From the human T2T-CHM13v2.0 reference genome, Homo sapiens, in the NCBI RefSeq assembly GCF_009914755.1, contig NC_060927.1: 64,000 nucleotides of DNA; one strand, given 5' to 3'. The translations under genes and the position numbers were made by a program. Every line of letters starts with the position of its first letter. Within the stretch, counting starts at the first letter, position 1. The notes beneath the pieces are model-generated. The model searched no databases, was not told the DNA's origin, and was given only the letters and a program-made list of their open reading frames with translations. This document shows, piece after piece, positions 50,244 through 64,000 of this stretch.

Positions 50244-52892
50244 CGGAGCTCCCTGTACCGGGCCGCTAACACCACTGCCACCTGACAGTGGGGAGGGGAA
50301 AGGAAAACCACACAAAAAAACTTCTGTAAAGTTTTTTTTTTCTTTCTTTCTTTCTCTTCTTCTTCCCAAGGTTTGGATTTGGGCGCGCCCACCCCCTTGG
50401 CTATTAATGCCTACGCGAAATCCTGCACACTACAGAAGTAGCAGCAGGGCGCGTTAGGAAGTCAATAGAGATTCAGGGCCGTGGCCTGGACCCACAGAGA
50501 GGAACAATCGCCTGGGTAGCCCATTGGCCCGCGGCCGGGTCCGACGTCAGTGATGACAGGTCCTGCCGCACGCGGTCGGTCTCTCTCTCTCTCTCTCACA
50601 CTTCCCTGCTCCAACCGCCACCCCCTCACACACCTCTCCCCCAAACATATACCCTCTTTCCCTCCCTCACCCCACCCCCACAGCATCTCAAGCTTCCACT
50701 GCTCATGCGCTCTGACCCGGGCACAAATCCTTTTCTCTCCCCTTGAGCCTCCTCCCCCTCCTCTCCGGAAAGCTGAGTGGATCAGCTTTGACTCAGGGCT
50801 CCTGGAAGTACTCGGGGCTGGGTTATGCCACCATTCACCACAACTTTGGGGAGGCAGCATTGCGGGACCTCAGTCGGGGCTGATGGGCAGCATCGTGTGC
50901 GCAGAGATGGCGGTCTCGTTGGGCAGTTTGTCCCTGCAGCCTGCAAGAGGAGGGGGTCGGGATCGAAGGACCGAAGGAGGTTGCTGACTCAGGAGCCAGG
51001 AGCTGAGAAACTCCTAGGCTAGCAGCCGTTGAGCCTAATTTTATTTTCTGGCTTTCTCCGAAATGTCTCGTTTCCCTCATCTTTCTGGTCCTTTTCGTCT
51101 CTCTTATTTTCCCCAAAACGTCTACCTCACTTCGTCTTCCTTTCTCCTCCCCTCCCCCTCTCTTTCCTCTATACTCTCTTCCCATTTAGCCTTGCAGGCC
51201 CCTCCTCCCCGGTGTTGGAGAGCTCAAAGACGCGCGAAACTCAAGGATCTGGCCCTGACCAGGGACGGGATTAGGCGGGAAGTGGTGACGGCCTGAAAAG
51301 GCTGGGCTCGAACCCGTGCCTTCCTGAAAGGACTCTCCCCGCCACAAGTCACACCCACCCGCAGGCCTGCTGGCCAAAGAAACAAAGGAGTCGGGCGTGG
51401 ATCCAGGAGAAACAGGTTTTCGCTCTCGGATCTCCCTGGGCAAATCAGGGATCCTGAGCGCTATACCCCGCAGTCGTACGGAGCCTCTGGGAAAGGGGAT
51501 TTAAGGGTGACTTCCACTTTCAGCTTCGGCTACTTGTTGCCTGCGGTCCAAGCCTTCTCTGCTTCCTCCTACCTCGTCTTAGGCCTCTGTAGAAAGTGCA
51601 CGCCGCGTTTCCCCTTCCAGGCTCTGAGAGGGCCTGCAGGCCCGTGGCCGCCTCCGACAAGATGCCTTCCAGTGCTAGGGGGGCCACTTTGGCGGGATGG
51701 GGGTCGGTTGGTTAAAAAAAACTTAAGTTCTGGCTCAGTCGAGTGTGGCAAAAGCCGAGGGTCGGGGGTTGGGGGGCTTTGGGGGCGAGCGGTAGTCCTT
51801 TGTCTGAGCCGACCGGCTAAGGTCAGCTGCGTCGTCCGGCGATTTAAAGGGCTGCTGGCCGGGACTCCTGCCTTGTCGCTGCAGCCGAAAATGCCAGTCT
51901 AAGTGCTTGGGCTTCCCTGGCGGCCATAAAAAGTGTCCCCCAAACAGAGAAAGGCTTGTATCTTTAAGAAAAGTTTTAAAGATTGAGTAAAATATCCCAT
52001 ACCCCTTAGCAGAGGCAAGAAATTTTGGCAGATACCAGCAATGCTGAATAGAAATTGACTGAACTGCCCCTCCTCCCATCCCCAGCACCAAGGACTATTC
52101 TTATACATTTCCTGGTCAGTAAATAAGGCCTTAAAAAATTTTTTTTTAAAATAATTAACTGATGTATAACAGTTGGCAGATTCTTTGAGACCTTCATTTA
52201 ATGCATTGTTCCTCCCTTGGGTGCACTTTAGGGAGGGATTAACTTCCACAACAATTTCTCTCTACTTAGACACGTCCAGGTCTTTCTGCTCCTCCTACAG
52301 GAAGAGCTTGGATAACTCTACCAATAGATACTCCTCAGTATTTAAAAAAAAAAAATTAGAGAAGAGTATTTGACTGCCAGACCCCCACTCCCTACTCTCA
52401 AAACCAAGGGCTTCCACACAGCAGTTTTGTGACTAGACTCTCAGGATATGTCTCCCTGGCTTTCACTTTCTCCCATGGTTTACTCCTCCACCAACAGGCA
52501 CCATCTCTCTGATCCTTCCCCTGCTCTGATCCTTCATCCAAGCAGTGGCATGGCCAGGTCTCCAGTGAAAGGTTTACACATCTCAATGAGTCATTTCACC
52601 TCCCAGGTGTATGTTGAATGATGCAATTGTCTAGGCAACTCTGGACTGAATCCATGAAGGACTCCAAAAAGCAAAACAAAAGCCAGAGTATGTTTTTACC
52701 TGAGACTCCTTGCCCAGTTGTTTTTACTATCCGCATCTTAACACCAAACTTGTTCAGCTTATGTGGTATTCAGGTTTAAGTGCAGGGGAACTTCTGCAAT
52801 ATTTCGGCAATTAAAATTTTTTTTCTCTGCTGGACCCTAGGTAATCTAAAACTAACAGTTCAGAATGTTTGTCAAACTCACTTTAGCTTTAA

Positions 52893-53240
<348 letters not shown>

Positions 53241-53289
53241 TGACCCCACCTCCATCAAAAGCTTTGAATAACAGTATGGACAGATAGGA

Positions 53290-53515
53290 GAAGAGGGGTT
53301 TTTAGTTGTTTCAGGCTGTGGAACCCTTAGGAAGCCTGGTGAGTCTGTTGAACTTCTAATAGTCCAGTATTTGCTGCACATATTCATCATAGAAGAAAAC
53401 ACTAACTTTCCAATAGAAGGTTGTGAAAATAAAGAGGCATTTTTTTCTCCTCCAAGTTTATGGGCCCTCTGGAATTCTAACCACTGACTCTCTGGACTCC
53501 AGGGTTAAGAAACAG
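53290..53515. mobile_element. Possible hAT-Charlie-type MITE remnant
   Basis: AGGGGTTTTTA..GGAACCCTTAGGAAGCCTGGTGA..CTCCAGGGTTAAGAAAC terminal-like motifs; judged by eye only. Confidence 0.35.
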
Positions 53516-55980
53516 AGGTTTTATACACATAGTCTGCTAGCATACTACACACTTTCTGTTAGTCACTTTGCCTTTGAAAAGCTTTGAACTTGTGTATGAC
53601 TTTTTTGTGCCAGCAGCAAAAGGGCAAACACATCTGATTCAGCCAAAATCCTGGAGAGTAGGCTGGCCCCATGGAGCTCCTTCCCAGATGCAGCCTTCTC
53701 TTGAAAGCTGAAAACATCTGGACCCATTTTAGGTAGCTTCTTCTTGCTTGAGTAGCCAGGGGTCAGTAGACCTGCAGGTCACTGAGGTTGCCTGATCTTT
53801 GCAAGTTCCTTAGAGCTATATGGTCTATATGTTGGTTGGCTAAACCCAGCAATGGGACCAGACATTCTCCTCGAAGGACATTTCCCCAGAGACAGCAATA
53901 AGGGATTACATAAGGATCTTCAAGGTATATCTTTGAAATAAGCCCCAAAGCAGTATCCAGTTCAAGGTGATGGGGCATCAACAACTGAGAGGTATATTTT
54001 AGTCTTTAGAGAGATCATTTTGAGTCTTCCAGAGCCTGGGAAGCAGGGAACCCAGGCTACAGAGATTATCAATTGGGCTGGCTAAGGAATGGTGTCTCCT
54101 CAGTGCTCTTCAGATTTTTTTTCCAGAAACATCTCACTATACCTGCCCCCAACACCAAATGCTTGACTGAAACATTCTATTCCTACCCATGCCTGGAGAT
54201 ATAACATTGTTAAGTCTACTTTTCTGCTTCATTTGTAGAGAAAAAGAGTATCTCACAACCCACAGATCTTTAGCACATGTCAAAATGAAACACTGGAAGC
54301 TTGTTTTCTTGGGGACCTATTTGGAGCATATTCCACCACTAGACCCCAAATATCTCTTGATCTTCAGAGCCTCTGCAAACCAGTGCCCAGAATCATGCCC
54401 TAAGCACTTTTGCTCACCTACCCAGACGAATGCAGTGGCATAAACAAGTGATTTCCTAGTTCTTTTCTAGAAATAGAACATTTGGTGGCCCTACCATCTG
54501 CCAGAGCTCCTTAAATCACTGGTTTGAATGTCTGATCTCACTGCCTTGGAAAGAAAAAAAAATGGAGGATATTTCAGATCAACAGCTGGGCTATTTTTCC
54601 ATTTTAATATTTTAAGCAATGCTAAATTAAATGATGATTGTTTATTGTAAGTTATGCCCAGATCAGGAGGTGGGCCTTACTCAGCTGAGGGCCACTGTAT
54701 AGAACCTGGCTAGAAACAAGTCTTGTCATCTGAATGTTCTGCACTAAATCAATAGTCACTTGTTCAGTTCTTTCTTCCCTGTTTCTGGCCAGGTTGCCAC
54801 CCTAAACAGAGGTAAATTTCTTTAGAGGCTAGTCACAAACAGACTTCAAGATTCCTACACAGGGAGTTTGCCTCTATTCTTATGCAAAGAAATAACATAA
54901 GCCCCAGGAGGCCATCCGTATTTCTAAGCCCAAATTGTGCAAAGGAGATGAGATCTGTTAGGATTTTGGCAATAAAAGAGGATATTCTTCTCCTCTGCTA
55001 TGGAAATTTGAGTTTTAAACATCATTAATGGAACTGAGTATGGAAGAAAATATACTTGGATATGCTTTAATTTCCAAGCAAGGATTCTACAAAACATCCT
55101 GTGACAAAAGCTTAGGAAACATTGCTTTTGGGTCTTCCAAAACAGTATTAAAGAATCAAAACAACTGAATTTACATAACAACTCATACCTCTCTTGAGAC
55201 TTTTGCCATTAAATCATCCCCAGATAATATAGAGAGCCATTTCCTGGGTTGTCTATTTGACTTTGGTTAGGAAGGTTCCTTTGTCTACCAATGAGGGAAC
55301 ATCTTTGGAGGCAACCATCAGCTAGTGATATAGTTGAAATGAGGAAAACTAGACGCCTGGAAGGGAAAATACCACCCTAAATCATATGCTTATTCTAAAT
55401 GGAATATTAAATTAAATTCTTCACAATGAAGGTATTCCTGACAGAGCAGCTGTCAGTCACTCCCTGTTCAGACACCACATTGTGGGAACCTCGTCACTAC
55501 CACATTGCAGAAGGCTGGTATCCCTGGTAAAGATGATGTATATCATGTAAACCCCATCATCCAGATCAAAGTCTGCTTCTTTCATGGAAGCCAATACATG
55601 TCAAACCTCATTCCAATCAAATTGTCTGGAAATGAATTCAAGATGAATATGTCACAGAATAACGTGACAGTGGAATTGCAGAAGGTCAGGGGTGGTTGTT
55701 TCAATGAGAGAATCGTCAAATATTAATTCTGGAACGTCCAGATGAGTAGGCATTGAGGGGGATTAGCTGGCTGCTGGTGGGACGTTGTGTCATTGATTTG
55801 TGTGCAAATGTATTGAACACTAAGGAGTTCTAAGTTTCATTTGAACTCAAGAAACTCCCCCCAAACTCTCAACCCAACATAAACAAAAGACAAAACAAAA
55901 CTTCCTACTTAAAAAAAAAAAAGAAGAAGAAGAAGAAAAGAAACCAGCAAACCAATATTCAAAGGAGGATTTTAACTTAC

Positions 55981-56050
55981 TTGACTCTTTAAGAGTGTTT
56001 CGGTAAAGCCGTAATCGTTTCCTCATCACCAAGGATGTCTTGTATCTCAT
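55981..56050 (-). CDS. ZIC4: ZIC4 exon 2 coding part (MRYKTSLVMRKRLRLYRNTLKES-); whole exon 55981-56065
   Basis: Acceptor TTTTCTTCCCAAACAG|GCT (exon starts 56065), ATG at 56050, donor TCAA|GTAAGT at 55981 (phase 1). Confidence 0.93.
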
Positions 56051-57216
56051 TTTCTGACTTTGAGCCTGTTTGGGAAGAAAAGAGTGACAGTCACTAGTTA
56101 AACAATTTTACACGTCTGTGTGGCAACATCCTGTGGTTTGAATGTATGAATGAAAGAAGGAGTTGATCTGAAGATCTTTCGGTCTTTCTTTGACCATTTT
56201 CAAATTTTGAAGCTAAAGAAAAGGATTTTGCCGGGAACAGCCCATATTGCAAAATGATATATCTTTGGTGATAAAAACATTGAAAAATTATAATTTCCCA
56301 GCTAGGCTTTTATTTGAAACTCCTTTGTTGTTTTTTGCAAGCAGAAGTAATCTCTCTTTTAGTCAGTGCTCAAAAATCTGTAGCTTCCCAAATTTGAATT
56401 AATTGCGTAAGAAACCTTATTATTTTTCAGAAGTTTATTAACTGAAATTTAGTGAGGTGTGGTGGGGAGAGCCTACTGAACTCTGAGAGGTTAGCAGCTA
56501 AAATTTGATTTATAACTGTTGGAACCAAGAGGAGAGGAATTTCTTTGCAGGTTTTCAAATCCTGTTCTGCCTGTGGTGGTGCAGAATTCCTTAGCCTCAC
56601 ATTTCCCATACCCCAGACCCATTTGGGATTCATCACCGGTTGACTTTTTAAAGTTAATATAAAATTTGTCAGGTTAAAAAGGTATAATTTTAATCGTTTG
56701 GTTCAAATCATCCACATTTCATAGTTGAGAAGGGTAGAAATAACACCTCCCATAAGATATACACATTACTCATCAGATTCACTTTGTGACTAAAGTTACC
56801 AAGCCATTGGCCGCCTTAAATACTTAAAGCCATCCTGAGGACCTCTGCATCTGTCAGGCAAGGCTGAGGCAGTTGAGCAGCCAGACAGAAGCATCTATCC
56901 GGCCCCCACCCTCAATTTGGCCTAGAAAGAAAAACAGTCATTGAAAAGGTCTCAGGCTGGACAAACACAGCAAGTCCTCTGTCAATGGGGATGTCTGCCC
57001 ACAGAACAAGCAGTTGTTTAACTTGTTGAACCACAGGCCAAATCCAAGTGGGACTCTGTTATCTTAAACGGTATCCAGTTCTCTATGCACAAAGATCTCT
57101 CTCTCTCTCTCTCCCCCTCAACGTCCAACCAGAATTCCAACTGGCTTGGCGGCTTTTACCCTTCCATCTCCCCTCTTTTCTAGGTCCAGGCCTAGGAGGC
57201 AGGGGGGTAGACTCAC

Positions 57217-57351
57217 TTTTTCCCAGAGGGTATTATTATTTTCAATTCTTTCTAACCAAAAGGCATTCTTCCCCAAAGGTAATAAGCTCCTTCCAGCACA
57301 AATCAGGAAAGAAAGGAGGCCTAACTTTGCATTCCTACAGAAGGGCGGCAT
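57217..57351 (-). CDS. ZIC4: ZIC4 alternative coding first exon (45 aa; gives a 384-aa isoform)
   Basis: MPPFCRNAKL...NNNTLWEK ends exactly at phase-0 donor AAA|GTGAGT. It is in frame with exon 2: 45+5+334=384 aa, a length I recall for a ZIC4 isoform. Confidence 0.7.
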
Positions 57352-58625
57352 GCTGGGCGTCCTCGCTCTGAAATTTCCTCATGGCAGGATGTCTGGCATG
57401 GAAAAGTCCTGGTTGGTTGGCAATAATAGAATTTACTCTTTTGCTTCTGGGGGAAATGGGTGTGAGGTTCCCTAGAGATCCCTGTCCACCCATAAGGCAG
57501 CCCCAACCCAACTTCTAAGAGGTCTGGATCACTTCTCTCCCAGGTCCTGTCAGCCTTTTGTGCACTACAGACCCATAGACATGCAAACAAATATTGCAGA
57601 GATTGGACTAGGGCAGGCAACAGGGACCTTAGGAGGCTCTCTGTAGCGTTTCCATCACACAGCCTACACAGGGAACTAGGGTAAACATCTCCTTTAGTTC
57701 AAACTCTGACACCACTTAGCAAACAAGCCAGTCATCTTGCTGAAAGAGAGGTGAGAGAATTTGGGAGCAATCCTGGGGCCCGTGGACCTGAGGTCCCAAA
57801 CAACCACGGAATGTAGAAACTCAGTTTCGTTTTCCCCAAATGCTTGCTCCCCACATCAACCACGGCCTCCTAATTACCAGTCCATAGCACATCCTGGAGA
57901 CTTTTTGGAATCTGCCCTCCTGGCCCCACCTTGAGAAGAGGAACGGGTGCCAGGGAGCTCCAGTGATTGATAGTGCCGGAGGAGAGCCAAGAAGGTGGGA
58001 CAGTGGGTAGGTGCAAAAAGCACCATTTTTATTTGGGGGAGCCTCGGAAGCTGCAAATTGTGGGGCCGACCTAGCCGGCGCAGGACTACCCAAGGTCAGA
58101 GGTCAGCTGCAGCTAGAGACTTCAGTTCCCGAGCTGCTCCTTACTGACTAGCCGGCAGGCGCGGGAAAGGCATGCCCACCTCTCCGCTGCAACTTGTCCC
58201 TGGCGGGCGCAGAGCAAAAACCCTGAAAGCTGGCAGGGAGCTCTGAGCCAGAGAGGAAACTGGCCCCGGCCTTTGCCCGCTGCCTGATTTACTCATCTGC
58301 ACCCTGCACCTTTCTGGCTCCCCTCCATTCGACCCTCAAGCGCCAGGAGTTTGCTGAGGCTGGGTTGTGCAGGGGCCTTTACTCATTCTCCTGTTCTCTA
58401 GAGGGAGAAGCTTGGGTTTCCCAGCTCGGGGCTGAAGTAAGTGTGGGCAGCATCCGGGTGCCCAGAATAGAGTTTGTATCAGTAGATCAGGCTGGGCATT
58501 TAGCCCTCCCTTTGAATCACCCCTCCCCCAACCTGCAGGCGGCTGAGACAGGAGAAAAAAGAGCAGCATGCAGTGGTGTGGGTCGCTGCGAGGACAATAC
58601 TGTCGGAAAGCGGGGAAAACATGAC

Positions 58626-58724
58626 CTTGGAATCCAAAGGGAGTTTCCTGAAGACGGTGACGGCCGAAGTGCAACCCTCCAAAAGCCCCTCCGCTTTCCT
58701 AAGACTTTGACATGGGCCATTCAT
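58626..58724 (-). CDS. ZIC4: ZIC4 alternative coding first exon (33 aa; gives a 372-aa isoform)
   Basis: MNGPCQSLRKAEGLLEGCTSAVTVFRKLPLDSK ends exactly at phase-0 donor AAG|GTCATG. It splices in frame to exon 2 (AQSQK-MRYK): 33+5+334=372 aa, a length I recall for a ZIC4 isoform. Confidence 0.65.
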
Positions 58725-59615
58725 CAACCCCAACTTTCAGATCCAACCTTTGAGCCAGTCCTAGCTTTCTTTCACAGCTCAGCTCTATTCCCTCCTCATT
58801 GGCCCCTAATTTCCAATGCCCCTGGGTCTAGGCTAGGGGCCAGAATCCTAGGAGCTGCGGCCTGCTCCCCAGAGAGCTAGTTGCTGCTCTTGTTCGCATT
58901 GGAGATAAAGAAAGCCAAGTCCCGAACCCACTGCTGGCCGCGCGCAGAGAGCAGATCCCAGCAGTCAGCTTCCTGAGGCAGGACCAGGGTGAGGGAGGGC
59001 AAGGAGCCGCCCTGAGGTGGACTCAGGCGGCATCTGCCGTCAGGTTGGGGCGGAGAAGTTCCATCGTCTTGCTGCCATCTGGGCTAACTTGGCGCTTTGA
59101 CCCTGGAGAGGGGAAGCAGAGACTCTCCTAGCCACCCCCTTGGGGGCAGAGCAGAGATACCTCCTGTAAAGGCCCCCTCCCGGCACCCGCCTTGCTCATT
59201 TTTCGCGAGGGAAGCTCTGGGCCACGACTTCCATTCTTGTGCCCACGGTGGGGCACCCAGGCAATTCACAAGGAGAGAAGGGAAGGCAGGCAGGCAACAA
59301 ACTGCTCCTGGTTCCTGTGCCAGTGGGAGCCCCATTTGTACCCCTTTTCCCTCCTCCTGGGAAGAAGGGATGGACTCATCCTCTGCGTTGCCCCTTTGCG
59401 GAAGGGCCCCCTCCTCCCCTTAGTGTCAGTGGGGTGGGGCCTTTATCCACGGTTGGGGGAGGGGGGTAGGATGAAGGAGGAGATGGGGCAGAAAGACTGG
59501 CTGGGCCTCTTCCCCCACTGGGGTTTGGGTGCCAGTGGTCCCCTTGAGGGTACTTGCTACCCGGTCGCTGGAGGTACAGTTCTCATCTGTCTGCCCCCTG
59601 GACTCACGCACTTAC

Positions 59616-59796
59616 CCCACTCCACCTGTTGCCAGGATCGCCTCATTTCTGCACATCATTTCGGGGTGGCTGAGAGGGGACCACAAACCCCTCCAAGCCT
59701 CTCTTTTGTGGTTCCAGCGAGGCGGTCATCCTTCACTTCTCCTTTTCCAGCTTTCAGGAAGCAGTTAGGGAATGTATGATGAAGCAGAAATGAGCC
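59616..59796 (-). other. ZIC4: ZIC4 non-coding first exon (5' end approximate)
   Basis: Strong minus-strand donor GGG|GTAAGT (exon ends 59616) in the CpG-rich region facing away from ZIC1. TSS is estimated. Confidence 0.65.
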
Positions 59797-61813
59797 GTCA
59801 GGATGATATTTTAATGGCTTATATGTCACGTTGGTGCATGTGGCTTTGAACTGGAGCCGTTCGCGTTTCCTGCAGAGAGCGCCGCAAATCCCACTTGATA
59901 ACTTCTACAACCCACAACTTTTTTTTTTCTCACATTCACTCTTACCCTGTATATTTGGATGTGTTTCCTAAAAATACCCTCTTGTCAACGTCCCCGTTGG
60001 ATTTTCCACGGACTGGAGAGGAGAAGACTGACTTTTCTTTTTTGAAGAATTATTTTCCCTCTCCCCCTCCCAACAGCTACCCTTCCCCCCTTAGGTCCCC
60101 TCCCTTGTTGTGTGTGTGTGTGTGCGCCCGCGTGTGTTTCCTGAAAGGCGGGCGAGGTGGGTTCAATATCTGTTCTCCCTAGTGAGAGGAATACAGCCTC
60201 TAGAGAAAACTTCTCCATACAGATGAGGTTTTCTAAACTCCAGGGGAAGCAGGATCCAACTTCCCCTTGTAGGTAAAAAGACTTAGTGCCTCCGATATAT
60301 CTTTTTTTTTTCCAACCAAGTGTACAATAATTTTTAAAGATACCTCGGCCCTTTCTTTACCTCCACTCCTCATTCCATTCCACTCAAAGTTGGTGGGAAA
60401 TGCTGGGCTGCTAGACTCAGACTTGTTGATGGGAACAGAACAATTAATTTTTTTTCCGAATTTATATTTCCCGGCACAAGCACAAATGCTCAGCCAGGTC
60501 CCTTCAGGCACCGGGAAATCATCCCGGATACCCAAGCCGACTTTTGAGCAAGCACAGCCCATGGAAAGGGCAGTCCCGCCGGCCAGCCCCAAGCGAGAAT
60601 CTAGTTGGTGAGAAGACCAGAAAACCAGAAAGGCGAGGAGCGGCGGACGCTGACCCTGCCTTCCTCCAGCCCGTGCAGTCAGCGCTGGCGTCAGGGCAAA
60701 AAATATATTCATTTTCATTTTCCTCTCGCTGGGGCACGGTGAGTTTCCTAACCGGGCCGCCTATGAAAGGATGAGTTGAGGTTTCTTTGTTTGGAAAAAG
60801 AGTTTAGGGCTTTGATTCAGCTGCAAAGAAGCCAAATGAAGTTAGAAACAAAGGGTAAATTGAAGGATTCCGACTCTTGGCTTTTTGTGTTTTCCTTACT
60901 AGAAAATAATTAGACCTAATGAATATGCAGACGCTTCAGCTAAAGCCTCGGCCAGGACTGCTGGGTTTTAAACAGAGCTGCGGAGAAATGCAACCTTCGT
61001 CCCCACAACCCCCCGCATCCGCGTGCATTTTTTGAAATGCATAAATGTTGCTCGGCTTAATTGATTGAGTCACAGGGATTTTTTTTTCCTGCTTTTAAGT
61101 ACCATACTCCCCTACCTTTCAACAATCATTTTAATATATAGTCAATGGCTCTTTGTGGAAGGGACAAAAAGAAACTACGCGCAGTTGTTGAATAGACTTT
61201 GCGCTAGGCAAAGACAGGTTAATCGAGGGCCGCATCGCGAAAACAAGCGAGTGTTGTATGTTTGCACTGAATCCAAATGTCTGCATTTTCCTAACTAAAT
61301 CAAAGGGAGTGTTATTTCTTTTTCTGCTCACTCATCTGAAGGTAAGTAAATTTTCTCTGGCGATCAAAAGCCTGGTCGGCAACAAAGACCGCGCCCGCTT
61401 TTTCCACCGTCCTGGTGTGGCGAGTTGCGGAATTTCAATAACTGTGACAAGGGTGACTGATTTGTGAACTAGAAAAGGTTTGAATGTCACAAAATTTACA
61501 TTGGTCCTATCTATTGGGGATTTAAATACCGAAAAAGTATTCGGGGATCTCTAGGGAGCTTTGGGCAGCCCAAGGGAACAATAGCGCGTTGGGAAATTTA
61601 CAGTTTTACCTGAATGAAAGGGGCCCAAGTAGGGAACAGGAGTGAGGAGAGACAGGGTTAGCGGGGGCAGTCGAAGGAGACAACGGAAAGGCAGAAAACA
61701 GAAAAATAACGCAAGAGAGAGAAAAAGTAAAGGAAACTGGCAACAACGTTTCAAATTTGCCATTAAAAAATTCAAACCTCAATAACCTGGGAACTTAAGC
61801 GCTTTCATCCACC

Positions 61814-61841
61814 TGTGTGTGTGAGTGTGTGTGTGTGTGTG
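61814..61841. repeat. (TG)n microsatellite in the ZIC4/ZIC1 intergenic region
   Basis: Direct inspection. Confidence 0.9.
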
Positions 61842-62399
61842 TTTTCGGGGAGGGGGGTGCGGTGGTGCCGGAAGTCTGATTAGATAAAAGCGAGAAATAC
61901 AGAGGCTACCGGTTACACTGAGAAATTACATTTTTTTGTAAAGAGAGCATAGTGCCCGTGTGCTCCCAAGATCTTAAATTATAAACAGGAGGGGGACAAA
62001 GCAAGAGGGAAACAAACTTCAAAAGGAGCAAATAACAAAAGCCTCTTTTGCTGCTCTTGAAGGGAGGGGGGAAGGGGGAAGAAAGAAAAGAAAGTTGCTG
62101 AATCGGGACATTCTGGAAGTGCCTTTGCTGTGTTTACTAGCCCCATCCCCGCCTGCTGCACCCGGAGACGTCTGAAGTCTCTAATCGCTCAGCGAAAAGT
62201 TGGTTTCGGGAAGGGCAGCGCCGGGGTGCGGGAGGGCAAAGGAGGAAGAGGAATGCATATGACTGTGAGAAGGAAAAGTAATCGTGGCAAAAAAAAAAAA
62301 AAAAAAAAAAAAAGAAAGAAAGAAAAGAAAAAAGAAAAAAAATTTCCGTGAGAAGAGGGAAAAAATTTGGCTAAAAAAAAAGTTGCTACTCCTGGCAGC

Positions 62400-62617
62400 C
62401 CTGGTTTGTCAAAAGGGGATGTCAAGCGCTTTACAATACCTGGGATTGATGAGGCGGGCGGGCCAATGAGCTGCGCGCGGCGCCTCGGCGCGCCCTCCGT
62501 TGGCGCGGCGGCTGAGGGCGGGGGGAATGCGGGCGCACCAATGGGCGCCAGCGTCGGCAGCACGTGACACCTCCCCCCTGCTCCCATTCATCAAGGGGGG
62601 GACGGTGTCGTCCTTTC

Positions 62618-62620
<3 letters not shown>
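62400..62620 (+). promoter_or_regulatory. ZIC1 proximal promoter (CpG island)
   Basis: CCAAT boxes at 62463 and 62538, GC boxes (GGGCGG), E-box CACGTGAC at 62561-62568, very high CpG density. Confidence 0.8.

Positions 62621-64000
<1,380 letters not shown>

Larger units (their letters stand above)
49000..51900. promoter_or_regulatory. CpG island over ZIC4 exon 3 / intron 2
   Basis: High CpG density. CCAAT (minus, 50523-50527) and CRE-like TGACGTC (50543-50549). Confidence 0.75.

Noticed and set aside
52080-52100. Partial REST/RE1-like motif CAGCACCAAGGAC
   Set aside because: Right half deviates (TATT instead of AGCG); too weak to call.

Overview
Primate (very likely human, chr3q24-type) genomic DNA containing the head-to-head ZIC4/ZIC1 pair. 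ZIC4 is complete on the minus strand. Its coding exons are 56050-55981, 49722-49105 and 44498-44183, plus one nucleotide at 42111, because the TGA stop is split by an intron. They total 1005 nt = 334 aa. There is a non-coding first exon (donor 59616), two alternative coding first exons (58724-58626, 57351-57217) and a ~2.8 kb 3'UTR exon ending near 39305. ZIC1 starts on the plus strand at ATG 63366 and runs off the window. The first ~39 kb has no credible coding gene. It holds a triple-nested Alu cluster, old L1/L2/MIR/MER remnants, microsatellites and several CpG-rich enhancer-like blocks, including a strong CTCF motif and an RFX X-box. The most interesting signal is that ZIC4 introns appear to hold pieces of an ancestral, longer Zic4 protein. 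A frameshifted His-rich N-terminus lies directly upstream of exon 3 (~50243-49723), with its own promoter-like block. An intact in-frame EWYVCQ C-terminal tail reads through the exon-4 donor. Comparisons with other species are from memory of Zic family proteins and need alignment to confirm.
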